Assembly (NCBI GenBank): GCA_038046645.1
Contig: JBBSVU010000003.1
Location: 1-15,395 of the forward strand
Source of the DNA: an archaeon
GTDB taxonomy: Archaea; Iainarchaeota; Iainarchaeia; Iainarchaeales; 0-14-0-20-34-12
DNA: 15,395 nt
Direction: 5' to 3'
Under the pieces are notes generated by a model that saw only the letters and a list, made by a program, of their open reading frames with translations, was not told where the DNA came from and did no database searches. The translations under genes were made by a program, and so were the position numbers. Shown here piece after piece: positions 7,011-15,380 of this stretch (positions are counted from its first letter, which is position 1; every line of letters begins with the position of its first letter).

Positions 7011-7964
7011 CTATGATCGTTTATTCACAACATTTGTTGGCTTGCCTGCTGCAAATGCCTCAACATTCCTTACCGCAATCTCAGTCAGCCTTGCAACAGC
7101 TTCATTAGTATACCAAGCAATATGCGGGGTAAATACTGCATTCTGCTGCTGTAATAATGGATCTTTAGCATTAAATGGCTCAATCACCAAATCACCGGCA
7201 TATCCCCCTATCAAATTTTCTTTAAGCGCTTTTAACAAATCTTCCTGATTCACAATCGGGGCTCTTGCAGTATTAATTATTAATGCATTTTTTTTCATCT
7301 TCCTGAATTCATTCATTGAAAGCATATTTCTTGTTTCATCGGTCAAAGGAACATGCAAGGAAATAACATCACTTTGCTTTAAAATTGTTTCAAAATCAAC
7401 AGATTCTACCTCTGAAGGAATCCTTTTATCAAATGCAATAACACGCATCCCCAATCCTTTTGCAATTACCCCCAAAGCACCGCCTGTGTGACCATAACCA
7501 ATTAAACCCAAAGTTTTGCCATTTAATTCAAAGCCCTTGTTTTCCCTAAACTCATATTTCTTTTCATATTTCATCTGGCATGCTCCGTTGAATATTTTCT
7601 TGCTTAATGCAAGCATTAAGCCCAAAGCATGTTCAGCAACACTTGAATCACCATAGCCTGGGACATTGCAAACAACAATTTGCTTTTCAGTTGCTGCTTT
7701 CAAATCCAAATAATCATAACCGGTTGCTAATTGGGCAATCATTTTCAAGCTTGGCATCTTGTCCATCATTTCTTTTGTGATTTTTGAAACAGCATAATGA
7801 GAGGTCATTAAAATTTCAGCATCCTTTGCCAATTCAATGAATTTTTCCTGTGGCAGCATCTGAACTTTATGCCAAGTAACATTTCCCAACTTTTTCAATC
7901 TTAACAATCTTTCATTATTAAAATCAGGCCAGTCATCAATAATTACAATATTCAGAAGGATCAC
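7011..7964 (-). CDS. D-isomer-specific 2-hydroxyacid dehydrogenase, NAD-dependent (D-lactate/glycerate dehydrogenase family)
   Basis: ATGYDYLD, NVPGY, VAEHA, Rossmann GYGHTG with AFD, SLHVPLT, and catalytic Arg (INTAR), Glu (DLVIEP) and His (TPHIAW). Confidence 0.93.
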   Translation of the reverse strand: MILLNIVIIDDWPDFNNERLLRLKKLGNVTWHKVQMLPQEKFIELAKDAEILMTSHYAVSKITKEMMDKMPSLKMIAQLATGYDYLDLKAATEKQIVVCNVPGYGDSSVAEHALGLMLALSKKIFNGACQMKYEKKYEFRENKGFELNGKTLGLIGYGHTGGALGVIAKGLGMRVIAFDKRIPSEVESVDFETILKQSDVISLHVPLTDETRNMLSMNEFRKMKKNALIINTARAPIVNQEDLLKALKENLIGGYAGDLVIEPFNAKDPLLQQQNAVFTPHIAWYTNEAVARLTEIAVRNVEAFAAGKPTNVVNKRS

Positions 7965-8035
7965 CCAAACATTATTTGATTAATGTTTAATAAAATAAAA
8001 TTAACCAGATTAAAAAGCTATTGGTTTATTTTTGT

Positions 8036-9415
8036 TCAATTATCGGCAGGCGCCAATTTTATTGTGAAATGCCTGAGCAAAGGCGCTTGATAAACTATTT
8101 TATAACCTTTAATCTTGTGCTTATTTTCAGCTATCCTGCCAAAAACATCAGCAACATAATCCAAATGCGATTGGGTATAAACCCTTCTTGGGAATGCCAA
8201 CCTTACCAAATCAAGCTTTGGCCATACATCATTTCCCTGCTTGTCTTTTTTGCCGAACATGATATTTCCTATTTCCACTCCCCTAATTCCACCTTCTAAA
8301 TATAATTCATTCACCAAGGATTGCGCCGGGAATTTTTCATCATGTATGTGATTCAAAAAATTCTTTCCATTAATATAAACAGCATGGCCCCCAAAGGGCA
8401 ATATTGTCTGTATCCCCAAATCATTTAATTTCTCGCCCAAATATTTTACCTGGCCTGTCCTGTATTCTAAATATGATTCATCAAGCACTTCCTTAAAACC
8501 TTGGGCAATTGCAACTAAATCCCTTCCAGCTAGCCCACCATAAGTTGGAAAACCTTCAATTACAATACTTAAATTCCTTATTTCAGTAAATAATTTTTCA
8601 TCCCTGACTGCAAGCATTCCGCCTATGTTTGCCAAGCCATCTTTTTTAGCACTCATTGTGAAGCCATCAACATAGGAAAACATCTCCTGCACAATTTCCT
8701 TTACTGTTTTATTAGAATAACCTTTTTCTCTCTGTTTTATAAAAAATGCATTTTCTGCAAACCTGCAGGCATCAAAGAAAAAAGGGATTTTGGCATCATG
8801 CGCCACTTTGCTAACTTCTTTTATGTTTTCCATTGAAACAGGCTGGCCGCCGCCTGAATTATTTGTAATTGTGAGCATAATTACAGGAATTCTTTCCTTT
8901 CCGTATTCATCAATTGCACTTTTCAATTTTTTAATATCCATATTTCCCTTAAACTGGTCTTTGCAAGCAAAATCAAAGGCTTTATCCGTTACCAAATTTA
9001 AGGGTTCTCCTTTGTTTCGCATAATGTTTGCTTCAGTAGTATCAAAATGCATATTGCTTGGAACTACATAGCCTTCTTTTACGATTGTTGAGAATAAAAT
9101 ATTCTCTGCGGCCCTTCCCTGGTGCGTTGGAATAAAATTTTCAAACCCAAATAATTCTTTCACTACTTTTTTTAATTCGTAAAAACTGCGGCAGCCAGCA
9201 TATGCTTCATCGCCGGTCTGCAATGCAGCCCATTGTTCCTGTGACATTGCTGCTGTGCCGGAATCTGACAAAAAATCAACAAAAATATCCTCGGATTTCA
9301 CTAAAAAAGGATTGTAAAAAGCATCCTTGAGAATCTGCTCCCTTTGCTGCCTAGTTGTAATCTTTATTGGCTCAACAGATTTAATTCGAAATGGTTCCAC
9401 TACATAGTTTGCCAT
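8036..9415 (-). CDS. tnaA: Tryptophanase (tryptophan indole-lyase, PLP-dependent)
   Basis: EPFRIKSVEPI, DSGT.AMS, GDEAYAG, HQGRAAE, TNNSGGGQPVS, PLP lysine in MSAKKD, TYGGLAGRD and PRRVYTQSH. HFDTT and LRHFT are tryptophanase-type; tyrosine phenol-lyase has FTTT and LRFFT. Start is ATG 9415 or TTG 9418. Confidence 0.9.
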   Translation of the reverse strand: MANYVVEPFRIKSVEPIKITTRQQREQILKDAFYNPFLVKSEDIFVDFLSDSGTAAMSQEQWAALQTGDEAYAGCRSFYELKKVVKELFGFENFIPTHQGRAAENILFSTIVKEGYVVPSNMHFDTTEANIMRNKGEPLNLVTDKAFDFACKDQFKGNMDIKKLKSAIDEYGKERIPVIMLTITNNSGGGQPVSMENIKEVSKVAHDAKIPFFFDACRFAENAFFIKQREKGYSNKTVKEIVQEMFSYVDGFTMSAKKDGLANIGGMLAVRDEKLFTEIRNLSIVIEGFPTYGGLAGRDLVAIAQGFKEVLDESYLEYRTGQVKYLGEKLNDLGIQTILPFGGHAVYINGKNFLNHIHDEKFPAQSLVNELYLEGGIRGVEIGNIMFGKKDKQGNDVWPKLDLVRLAFPRRVYTQSHLDYVADVFGRIAENKHKIKGYKIVYQAPLLRHFTIKLAPADN

Positions 9416-9490
9416 CAAATCATCTATCTTGGGAGAAATTAAGTATTAAAATGTATCGGCAAAAACAAACAACAGGCAATAAAGAGGGAG

Positions 9491-9513
9491 ATGGCAACGA
9501 AAATCGTTGCCAT
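9491..9513 (-). terminator. Perfect 10-bp hairpin downstream of cdc48 (probable terminator or RNA-stability stem; operator not excluded)
   Basis: ATGGCAACGA-AAA-TCGTTGCCAT, 19 nt after the cdc48 stop. It is followed on the minus strand by CTCCCTCTTTATT. Confidence 0.5.
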
Positions 9514-9532
9514 GAGGGTTTTTGTTAAAGAA

Positions 9533-11716
9533 TTACTTCACATAATTCAGCTTTGGATCAGCATTTTCATCGCTATTTGCATCAGGCTTTGCATTCTGCG
9601 AAATTCCTTTGGATTTCTTTGCCTCTTTAATTATTTTCTTGAATTCATTTGCTGTTACTTCAATATTTTCTCTCTTGCCATACCTGTGCAGGCGCAATGC
9701 ATCCATGCCTGCTTCCCTGCAGATTCCTTCAATGTCTGCCCCGGTAAATCCTTCTGTTTCCTTTGCAAAGGATTCAATATTTACCTCTTTTGTTAACGGC
9801 ATATTCTTTGTATGCACCTTAAAGATATTCAAGCGGGCTTTTTCATCTGGCATCTGCACTTCTATTTTCATATCTATTCTGCCCGGCCTCAACAAAGCTG
9901 AATCAATTAAATCAGGCCTATTGGTAGCAGCTATTACCATCACTTGTTCCAATTCTTCAATGCCGTCAAGCTCAGTCAAAAGCTGATTTACAACTTTTTC
10001 TGTAGCATCACTTAAAGACAAGCCCCTCATTTTAGATATTGCATCAAATTCATCAAAGAAGATTATGCTAGGGGAAACCTGCCTTGCTTTTTTGAAAATT
10101 TCACGGACGTGCTTTTCACTTTCGCCCACCCATTTTGAAATAAGTTCAGGGCCTTTAACACTTATGAAATTCGCTTCGCTTTCATTTGCAACTGCTTTTG
10201 CCAAAAGCGTTTTGCCGCATCCAGAAGGGCCATATAATAGAATTCCTTTTGCTGGCTTTATCCCTGCTTTTTTGAAATCTTCAGGATGCTTCAATGGCCA
10301 TTCAATTGCTTCAATCAATTTCTGTTTTGTTTCTTCCAAGCCGCCAATGTCTGACCATTTTACATTTGGCTTTCTGATTAAAACTTCACGCATTGCGCTT
10401 GGTTCAATCTTGCGGAATGCATCAACAAAATGTGGCATGTTTACTTCAATTGTTTCTAAAAGCTCTGTAGGAATCTTCTGCTCTTCAAATTTTTTTATTT
10501 TTGGCAGATAAGTCCGCAATGCCTTCATCGCTGCTTCCTTGCACAATGACTCTAAATCTGCACCTGTGTAAGCTAAAGTCATTTCTGCTAATTTATTCAA
10601 ATCAACATCTTTAGTAAGAGGCATTCCCCTTGTGTGAATCTCAAGAATTTCCTTCCTGCCCTTTGTGTCAGGCACATTAATATTAATCTCACGGTCAAAT
10701 CTTCCTGGCCGTCTTAACGCTGGGTCCAAAGAATCAGGCCTATTAGTGGCGGCAATAACAACTACTTGCCCCCTGGATTCAAGGCCGTCCATTGAAGTTA
10801 AAAGTTGTGCAACAACCCTTCGTTCCACTTCCCCAGATACTTCATCCCTTTTTGGCGCAATGGCATCTATTTCATCAATAAAAATTATGCTTGGTGCATT
10901 TTTGTTTGCCTGCTCAAATATCTCCCTTAAATGTTTTTCTGATTCACCATAAAACTTGGAAATTATTTCAGGCCCGGCAATTGAATAAAAATTTGCCTGG
11001 CTTTCATTAGCAACAGCCTTTGCCAAAAGAGTTTTTCCTGTGCCTGGCGGGCCTGTCAATAAAACACCTTTTGGCGCTCCTATCCCTAATCTTTCAAATA
11101 ATTCAGGGTGTTTCAAGGGCAGTTCAATCATTTCCCTTACTTGTGCAAGCTCTTCTTTTAACCCGCCAATGTCTTCATAGCTGATTGAAGGAATTGCATC
11201 TGTTGATTTTACTGCTTTTTCGGAAACAACCAATTGAGAATTCTTCCTTAACAAAACATTATCCTGTGGATTGGTATTTGAAATCACATAATGCAGGGTA
11301 GTGCCCATTATATCAAATGAGATTTTATCATTTTTCCTGAAAGGCCTGTCAATTAATTTTGCTTTCAGGTATTGTGTCGGGTCTGAAGCGAATTGCACTT
11401 CCTGAAGTGGGGAGATTCTTATGCTCTTAGCATCCTTTACCTCTGCTTTTTTTATTTCTACCTCATCCCCAACCCCGATTCCAGCATTTCCTCTTATTGT
11501 TGCATCAATCCGGATAATATTTGAATTATCATCTTCTGGCTTTGAACGCCATACTTTTGCTAAAGTCTCTTTTCCTTTTTGACCTTTAATAAGAATAATA
11601 TCCCCTGAAGTTAAACCCAAAGAATTCATTGCTGCTGAATCCAATCTTGCAATTCCTTTTGCAACATCAGCTCTTTCTGCCTCGTCAACAGTAAATTTCC
11701 AATTTTCCTTGCTCAA
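9533..11716 (-). CDS. cdc48: CDC48/VAT (p97/VCP) family AAA+ ATPase
   Basis: N-domain plus two AAA modules: [25 protein letters not shown] and [33 protein letters not shown] 5 nt before TTG 11716 ([10 protein letters not shown]) is preferred over the GTG at 11737. Confidence 0.96.
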   Translation of the reverse strand: MSKENWKFTVDEAERADVAKGIARLDSAAMNSLGLTSGDIILIKGQKGKETLAKVWRSKPEDDNSNIIRIDATIRGNAGIGVGDEVEIKKAEVKDAKSIRISPLQEVQFASDPTQYLKAKLIDRPFRKNDKISFDIMGTTLHYVISNTNPQDNVLLRKNSQLVVSEKAVKSTDAIPSISYEDIGGLKEELAQVREMIELPLKHPELFERLGIGAPKGVLLTGPPGTGKTLLAKAVANESQANFYSIAGPEIISKFYGESEKHLREIFEQANKNAPSIIFIDEIDAIAPKRDEVSGEVERRVVAQLLTSMDGLESRGQVVVIAATNRPDSLDPALRRPGRFDREININVPDTKGRKEILEIHTRGMPLTKDVDLNKLAEMTLAYTGADLESLCKEAAMKALRTYLPKIKKFEEQKIPTELLETIEVNMPHFVDAFRKIEPSAMREVLIRKPNVKWSDIGGLEETKQKLIEAIEWPLKHPEDFKKAGIKPAKGILLYGPSGCGKTLLAKAVANESEANFISVKGPELISKWVGESEKHVREIFKKARQVSPSIIFFDEFDAISKMRGLSLSDATEKVVNQLLTELDGIEELEQVMVIAATNRPDLIDSALLRPGRIDMKIEVQMPDEKARLNIFKVHTKNMPLTKEVNIESFAKETEGFTGADIEGICREAGMDALRLHRYGKRENIEVTANEFKKIIKEAKKSKGISQNAKPDANSDENADPKLNYVK

Positions 11717-11756
11717 ACAAACACCCCATAAACACAATCAATAAAAAATTACTGAA

Positions 11757-12134
11757 TTAATTAACTTTGGCTGATTTTGAAACATTTTTCTTTGGGATAA
11801 TTACTTCCAAAACCCCATTTTTGAATTTGGATTCAATCTTATTTGCCAAAACTTCAGTTGGCAAATGCAATTTTGTAAAAAATCCGTTATTTTTGTCAAT
11901 ATTTGCCTTTAATGTTAAAACATTTTTTTCAATTGTTACATCAATATCTTTTTTTTCAACCGCCGGAAGGTCAAAGATGATTAGGATATCTTTTTGGGTT
12001 TCCCACATGTCTAAAAAAGGGCTTTCAAAATTGCTGTGCTCTATTTTATAGCTTCTTCTTGGCCCGAAAAAATCATCTTCATCAATAAAACTGCTTGAAA
12101 ATATTCTTTCAAACTCATCAAAAAAATCCTTCAA
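11757..12134 (-). CDS. hsp20: Small heat shock protein (Hsp20/alpha-crystallin family)
   Basis: PFLDMWET...DLPAVEKKDIDV...LP...SKFKNGVLEVIIPK. SD AGGTGG before the TTG start. Lies 40 nt upstream of cdc48 in the same direction. Confidence 0.92.
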   Translation of the reverse strand: MKDFFDEFERIFSSSFIDEDDFFGPRRSYKIEHSNFESPFLDMWETQKDILIIFDLPAVEKKDIDVTIEKNVLTLKANIDKNNGFFTKLHLPTEVLANKIESKFKNGVLEVIIPKKNVSKSAKVN

Positions 12135-12160
12135 ATAACCACCTTTTCAATAAAGAAAAG

Positions 12161-12179
12161 TGTCTAAACTTCTTAGACA
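12161..12179. promoter_or_regulatory. Palindromic candidate operator TGTCTAA-N5-TTAGACA upstream of hsp20-cdc48
   Basis: Perfect 7-bp inverted repeat with a 5-nt spacer, just downstream of the TSS expected from the TATA at 12205-12212. An extra half-site TAGACA lies at 12194-12199. Confidence 0.5.
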
Positions 12180-12204
12180 ATTACATAATACTATAGACAG
12201 TTAC

Positions 12205-12212
12205 TATTTAAA
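12205..12212 (-). promoter_or_regulatory. TATA box (TTTAAATA) of the hsp20-cdc48 operon
   Basis: Consensus archaeal TATA on the minus strand, about 75 nt upstream of the hsp20 start. Confidence 0.55.
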
Positions 12213-12311
12213 AAGCTATGCCAAAATAACCAAAAAAATGAAATGCTGCACAATCTACCAAACATTCGCATAGGATGCAGCAAACTCCGCTAAATCTGAG
12301 TATAGAATACA

Positions 12312-12319
12312 TTTAAATA
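12312..12319 (+). promoter_or_regulatory. TATA box (TTTAAATA) of the membrane-protein gene
   Basis: Consensus TATA about 55 nt before ATG 12371. A purine-rich SD-like GGGAGAGGG precedes the ATG. Confidence 0.5.
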
Positions 12320-12370
12320 ATAAATAAACTATAATAGATAAGATTTTTCTACAATAAAGGGAGAGGGATT

Positions 12371-13114
12371 ATGAGCATATTCAGCGTTTTTTATAAACCA
12401 AATAAAGCAGTATCTGCTGCTTTAAGCAATCCAAATTTAGGGTTAGGGACTCTTTTAGTTTTGATTTATTGTGTTGTTAGTTACTTGCCTTATATCTATC
12501 TTGGCTTTGCCTTTGATGCGTACAAATTCCTGCTCTCAATAATTTTCACTTTGGCAGGCTGGATTTTAGTAAGTGTAATATTCTACCTGATAATGGCAAT
12601 TATTAGAGGAAAGTCAAGCAAATTTGTGCAGGGGCCGGCAAGCTTTTCAGGCATAATGACTGCTGTTTCCTTGGTTTACTTATTCTTTATTGTCGGCGGC
12701 CTTGTTTCAGTCATTGCAGCAACTTCATTCTCTCCGCAGTTTGTGTCCGTAGCAAAAATATCCATGGAAGAGGGCTTTAACATACAGGATACAACAAAAT
12801 TAACAGGCATTGTTTCAGAGAAAAATACTGAAGAATTGGAAACATTTGCAAATGACAAAATGCTGGATGTTGAAAAGAAAGATTCCTTGCTTCAGGCAAT
12901 GAATTATGAGGGTAATATCTTAGGGAATGCAAACATGCTGTTTTGGTCTGTGCTCCTTAGCTTAGCATTGATGATTTTAGGTTTCCTGTTTGTTTTCTAC
13001 CCGATTACAAGCAATTTAGTAAAATTAGGTTTTTTAGGGAATTTAATAATTTTCATCATAGCAATAGTTGTATTCTCCTATTTAGGCAATTTACTGATTA
13101 ATGTATTTGCCTAA
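12371..13114 (+). CDS. Integral membrane protein, probably YIP1 family
   Basis: About 5 hydrophobic segments and a Yip1-like start (VFYKPNKAV...NPNLGLGTLLVLI). A ~65-aa soluble loop lies between the third and fourth segments. Confidence 0.7.
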   Translation: MSIFSVFYKPNKAVSAALSNPNLGLGTLLVLIYCVVSYLPYIYLGFAFDAYKFLLSIIFTLAGWILVSVIFYLIMAIIRGKSSKFVQGPASFSGIMTAVSLVYLFFIVGGLVSVIAATSFSPQFVSVAKISMEEGFNIQDTTKLTGIVSEKNTEELETFANDKMLDVEKKDSLLQAMNYEGNILGNANMLFWSVLLSLALMILGFLFVFYPITSNLVKLGFLGNLIIFIIAIVVFSYLGNLLINVFA

Positions 13115-13194
13115 CCCCACCTTCTCTTTTCTTTTTCCTAAAAAGAAAAGAGAATCTAGGGTACCAAGAGAAAAGAAAAAGAAAGTATTGGGGT
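13114..13194. repeat. Inverted-plus-mirror repeat element (potential intrastrand triplex), possibly also a terminator
   Basis: TTCTCTTTTCTTTTT (13122-13136), CCT, AAAAAGAAAAGAGAA (13140-13154), 11 nt, AAGAGAAAAGAAAAA (13166-13180). Bracketed by ACCCCA/TGGGGT and followed by T-tracts. Confidence 0.85.
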
Positions 13195-13325
13195 GCTTTT
13201 TTTATTTTTTAATTATTTAATTATGCGAAATGCAGCAAGTCTATCTTTGAAACATATATATATACTTTGCAATTAATAATTACTATATAACACTAAAAAA
13301 TTAATTCAAAAGGAGAGGTGATTAG

Positions 13326-15380
13326 GTGAAAACAATTAAGTATATTTTTGCGGCAATGCTGCTTCTTTTTTTAGCTGGCTCGGCAGTGGGTGAATGTATT
13401 AAAGTGTCAGACACTAAGACATATGATACCAAATATCTGATGTCAGGAACTAACCAGAAAGAATATGGCGTAGTAACTTTAAACAATCCACAATTAGCTT
13501 CGTTAACAAACAAAACAGTTGCGCAAAAATGGAATGGAACAGCATACGCTGAAACAGTAAAAGAAACTGTTACATTAAAACCAGACTTCAAGTTTGATTA
13601 CACAAATTACAGCACAGTAGGGGATTTAGTAGGTTACCTTAGCAAGGTAGGTGATTTCAAATATACTGTTACTTTTTCACATGGTTTGCCACTGACAGAA
13701 AAACCCCAGCAGGATTATCTGAAAAGTGAAAATAAATTTGTGGCTACAAATGGTTTTGATAACATAACAGTCCCTTTCTTTGGGCAGACTTACAAGCTTC
13801 ATACAGTAGATGCTTCAGGCACATATCTAAGCATGAAATTAAGTAAATCGCCTCAAGAAGCAATCTATTACATAGGAGAAAGTGCTATTGATTTAGAAGG
13901 TGCGGGAGCATATGCTGGCCAAAAAGTTGATGTTGAAGTAACAGACATAGTTGCAACATCACCTAATTCAACATATGTTGCTGATTTCACATTGAAAGAT
14001 GTAAACGGAAATATTCTGTCAACAGCTACTGCAGTAAGCGCAGGTAGTTCATTAAACAATTATTTTACAGATGAAAACGGAAACGCAGCATTAGCTACTC
14101 TAATAGACTTAAAGACTGTAGGTATATATACTGACACAGGAAAAAAATATGCAATATTGGAAAAAGTTAGTGAAGCCATTCAATTAGTGGATACGAAAGC
14201 ATATCCATACTCAAGCACAGATTTAGATGCAACTGATGACTACTGGATTTTCAAGGCAGGAATAAAAACTAATGCAACAGCACCACAAGGATATGTCATA
14301 AAAGAGTTTAGCATTTATAACAATGTGAAAAAATGGAATGATAAAAACCCTATCTGGGTTTCGGCAGAACAATGCCTCACAGCACAATGTGAAGCAGGTT
14401 CAAATGAAGCTACTTTTTTGGAAGGGGCTCCAGAATCTACGGTAGGGTATGGCTTTGTTAAATTGAAGTTTGATGGATTCAATCAGCAGGGAATAAAATA
14501 CACTAATCTAAAAATAGGGGATGGGTTCATTGATTACTATGATCAATATGACTTCCACCATGAGATTCCGTTATATATTGAATTAGATACTACGACACAA
14601 GCGAGCAGCATTGTAATTGATGACCAAACATTCTACTATTCAGTATCGGATAGTCCAACTACTTTAGGAAATAAATCCTATGATGGTAAGTTCAAAATTA
14701 CAACGAAACAAGTGGGTGCAACAGATGCAGATCAAATTTGCAAAACAACCCCTGATAAATATTGTTATTACTACAAAGTAAAGAGTATGGCAGATTTCGC
14801 CAAATACCCAAGCCCGACAAGCATTTCACTGACCGGTATAGGAATGAATAATAAAACCTACAAGTACACATATTTTAGGGCTAACACTGATTACAATAAG
14901 GTTTACTTATTATTGTTAAATGCACCTAGCTACAACAAAACACAGGTACAGAATAAGGCATATTCCTTATATTTCAATGGAACAGACACTACTGAGGATG
15001 GTGTAATAGATAAGCCATTCTACTTGCCTGACTTTGGAGAAATATGGGGAATAAACGAAGGAATGAGTGATAATAGCTATTACTTAGCATCATTCAAGAT
15101 TGTAGATGGCACAGGGATTGGAACAGCATACATAGATACTGCAACAGGAAATGTAGTACAGTATCCAAACAATAATTTAAGCTATTACTCCAACAACTTC
15201 AATTACAAGAATTTGTGGAGCCTCTCAAATTCCACAGCAGCACAATACCTAAAGAAAGGTTACTCAGATTACGGCTCAGAATTCGAACTCAAGGAAAAAA
15301 CCTTAGATGCGACAATTCCAAATAAAAAGCCAAATATAAAAATGAATGTCATAGCTACAGGAACAGAAATATGTAATTAA
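13326..15380 (+). CDS. Secreted cell-surface glycoprotein, S-layer-protein-like
   Basis: SD GAGGTGA before GTG; signal peptide MKTIKYIFAAMLLLFLAGSAVG; Thr/Tyr/Asn/Asp-rich beta-type composition; 12 N-X-S/T sequons counted. The S-layer assignment is by general resemblance only. Confidence 0.7.
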   Translation: MKTIKYIFAAMLLLFLAGSAVGECIKVSDTKTYDTKYLMSGTNQKEYGVVTLNNPQLASLTNKTVAQKWNGTAYAETVKETVTLKPDFKFDYTNYSTVGDLVGYLSKVGDFKYTVTFSHGLPLTEKPQQDYLKSENKFVATNGFDNITVPFFGQTYKLHTVDASGTYLSMKLSKSPQEAIYYIGESAIDLEGAGAYAGQKVDVEVTDIVATSPNSTYVADFTLKDVNGNILSTATAVSAGSSLNNYFTDENGNAALATLIDLKTVGIYTDTGKKYAILEKVSEAIQLVDTKAYPYSSTDLDATDDYWIFKAGIKTNATAPQGYVIKEFSIYNNVKKWNDKNPIWVSAEQCLTAQCEAGSNEATFLEGAPESTVGYGFVKLKFDGFNQQGIKYTNLKIGDGFIDYYDQYDFHHEIPLYIELDTTTQASSIVIDDQTFYYSVSDSPTTLGNKSYDGKFKITTKQVGATDADQICKTTPDKYCYYYKVKSMADFAKYPSPTSISLTGIGMNNKTYKYTYFRANTDYNKVYLLLLNAPSYNKTQVQNKAYSLYFNGTDTTEDGVIDKPFYLPDFGEIWGINEGMSDNSYYLASFKIVDGTGIGTAYIDTATGNVVQYPNNNLSYYSNNFNYKNLWSLSNSTAAQYLKKGYSDYGSEFELKEKTLDATIPNKKPNIKMNVIATGTEICN

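Noticed and set aside
8036..9418. Tyrosine phenol-lyase assignment
   Set aside because: Specificity motifs HFDTT and LRHFT match tryptophanase.
2188..11737. Longest-ORF starts at 2188, 5292 and 11737 (also 2091)
   Set aside because: SD or TATA placement and family-typical N-termini favour 2221, 5316, 11716 and 2073.
12244..13238. ATGCAGCAA at 12275-12283 and 13230-13238 upstream of the Yip1-like and S-layer-like genes
   Set aside because: Only 9 bp, with different distances to the putative TATA boxes. Too weak to call a shared site.
764..14059. Short ORFs in the track that lie antisense to long genes (e.g. 764-961, 1418-1774, 3627-3875, 4247-4642, 9491-9796, 10065-10511, 11767-12051, 13322-13591)
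   Set aside because: They overlap well-supported genes on the opposite strand, have Phe/Ser/Leu-rich shadow composition and show no motifs.
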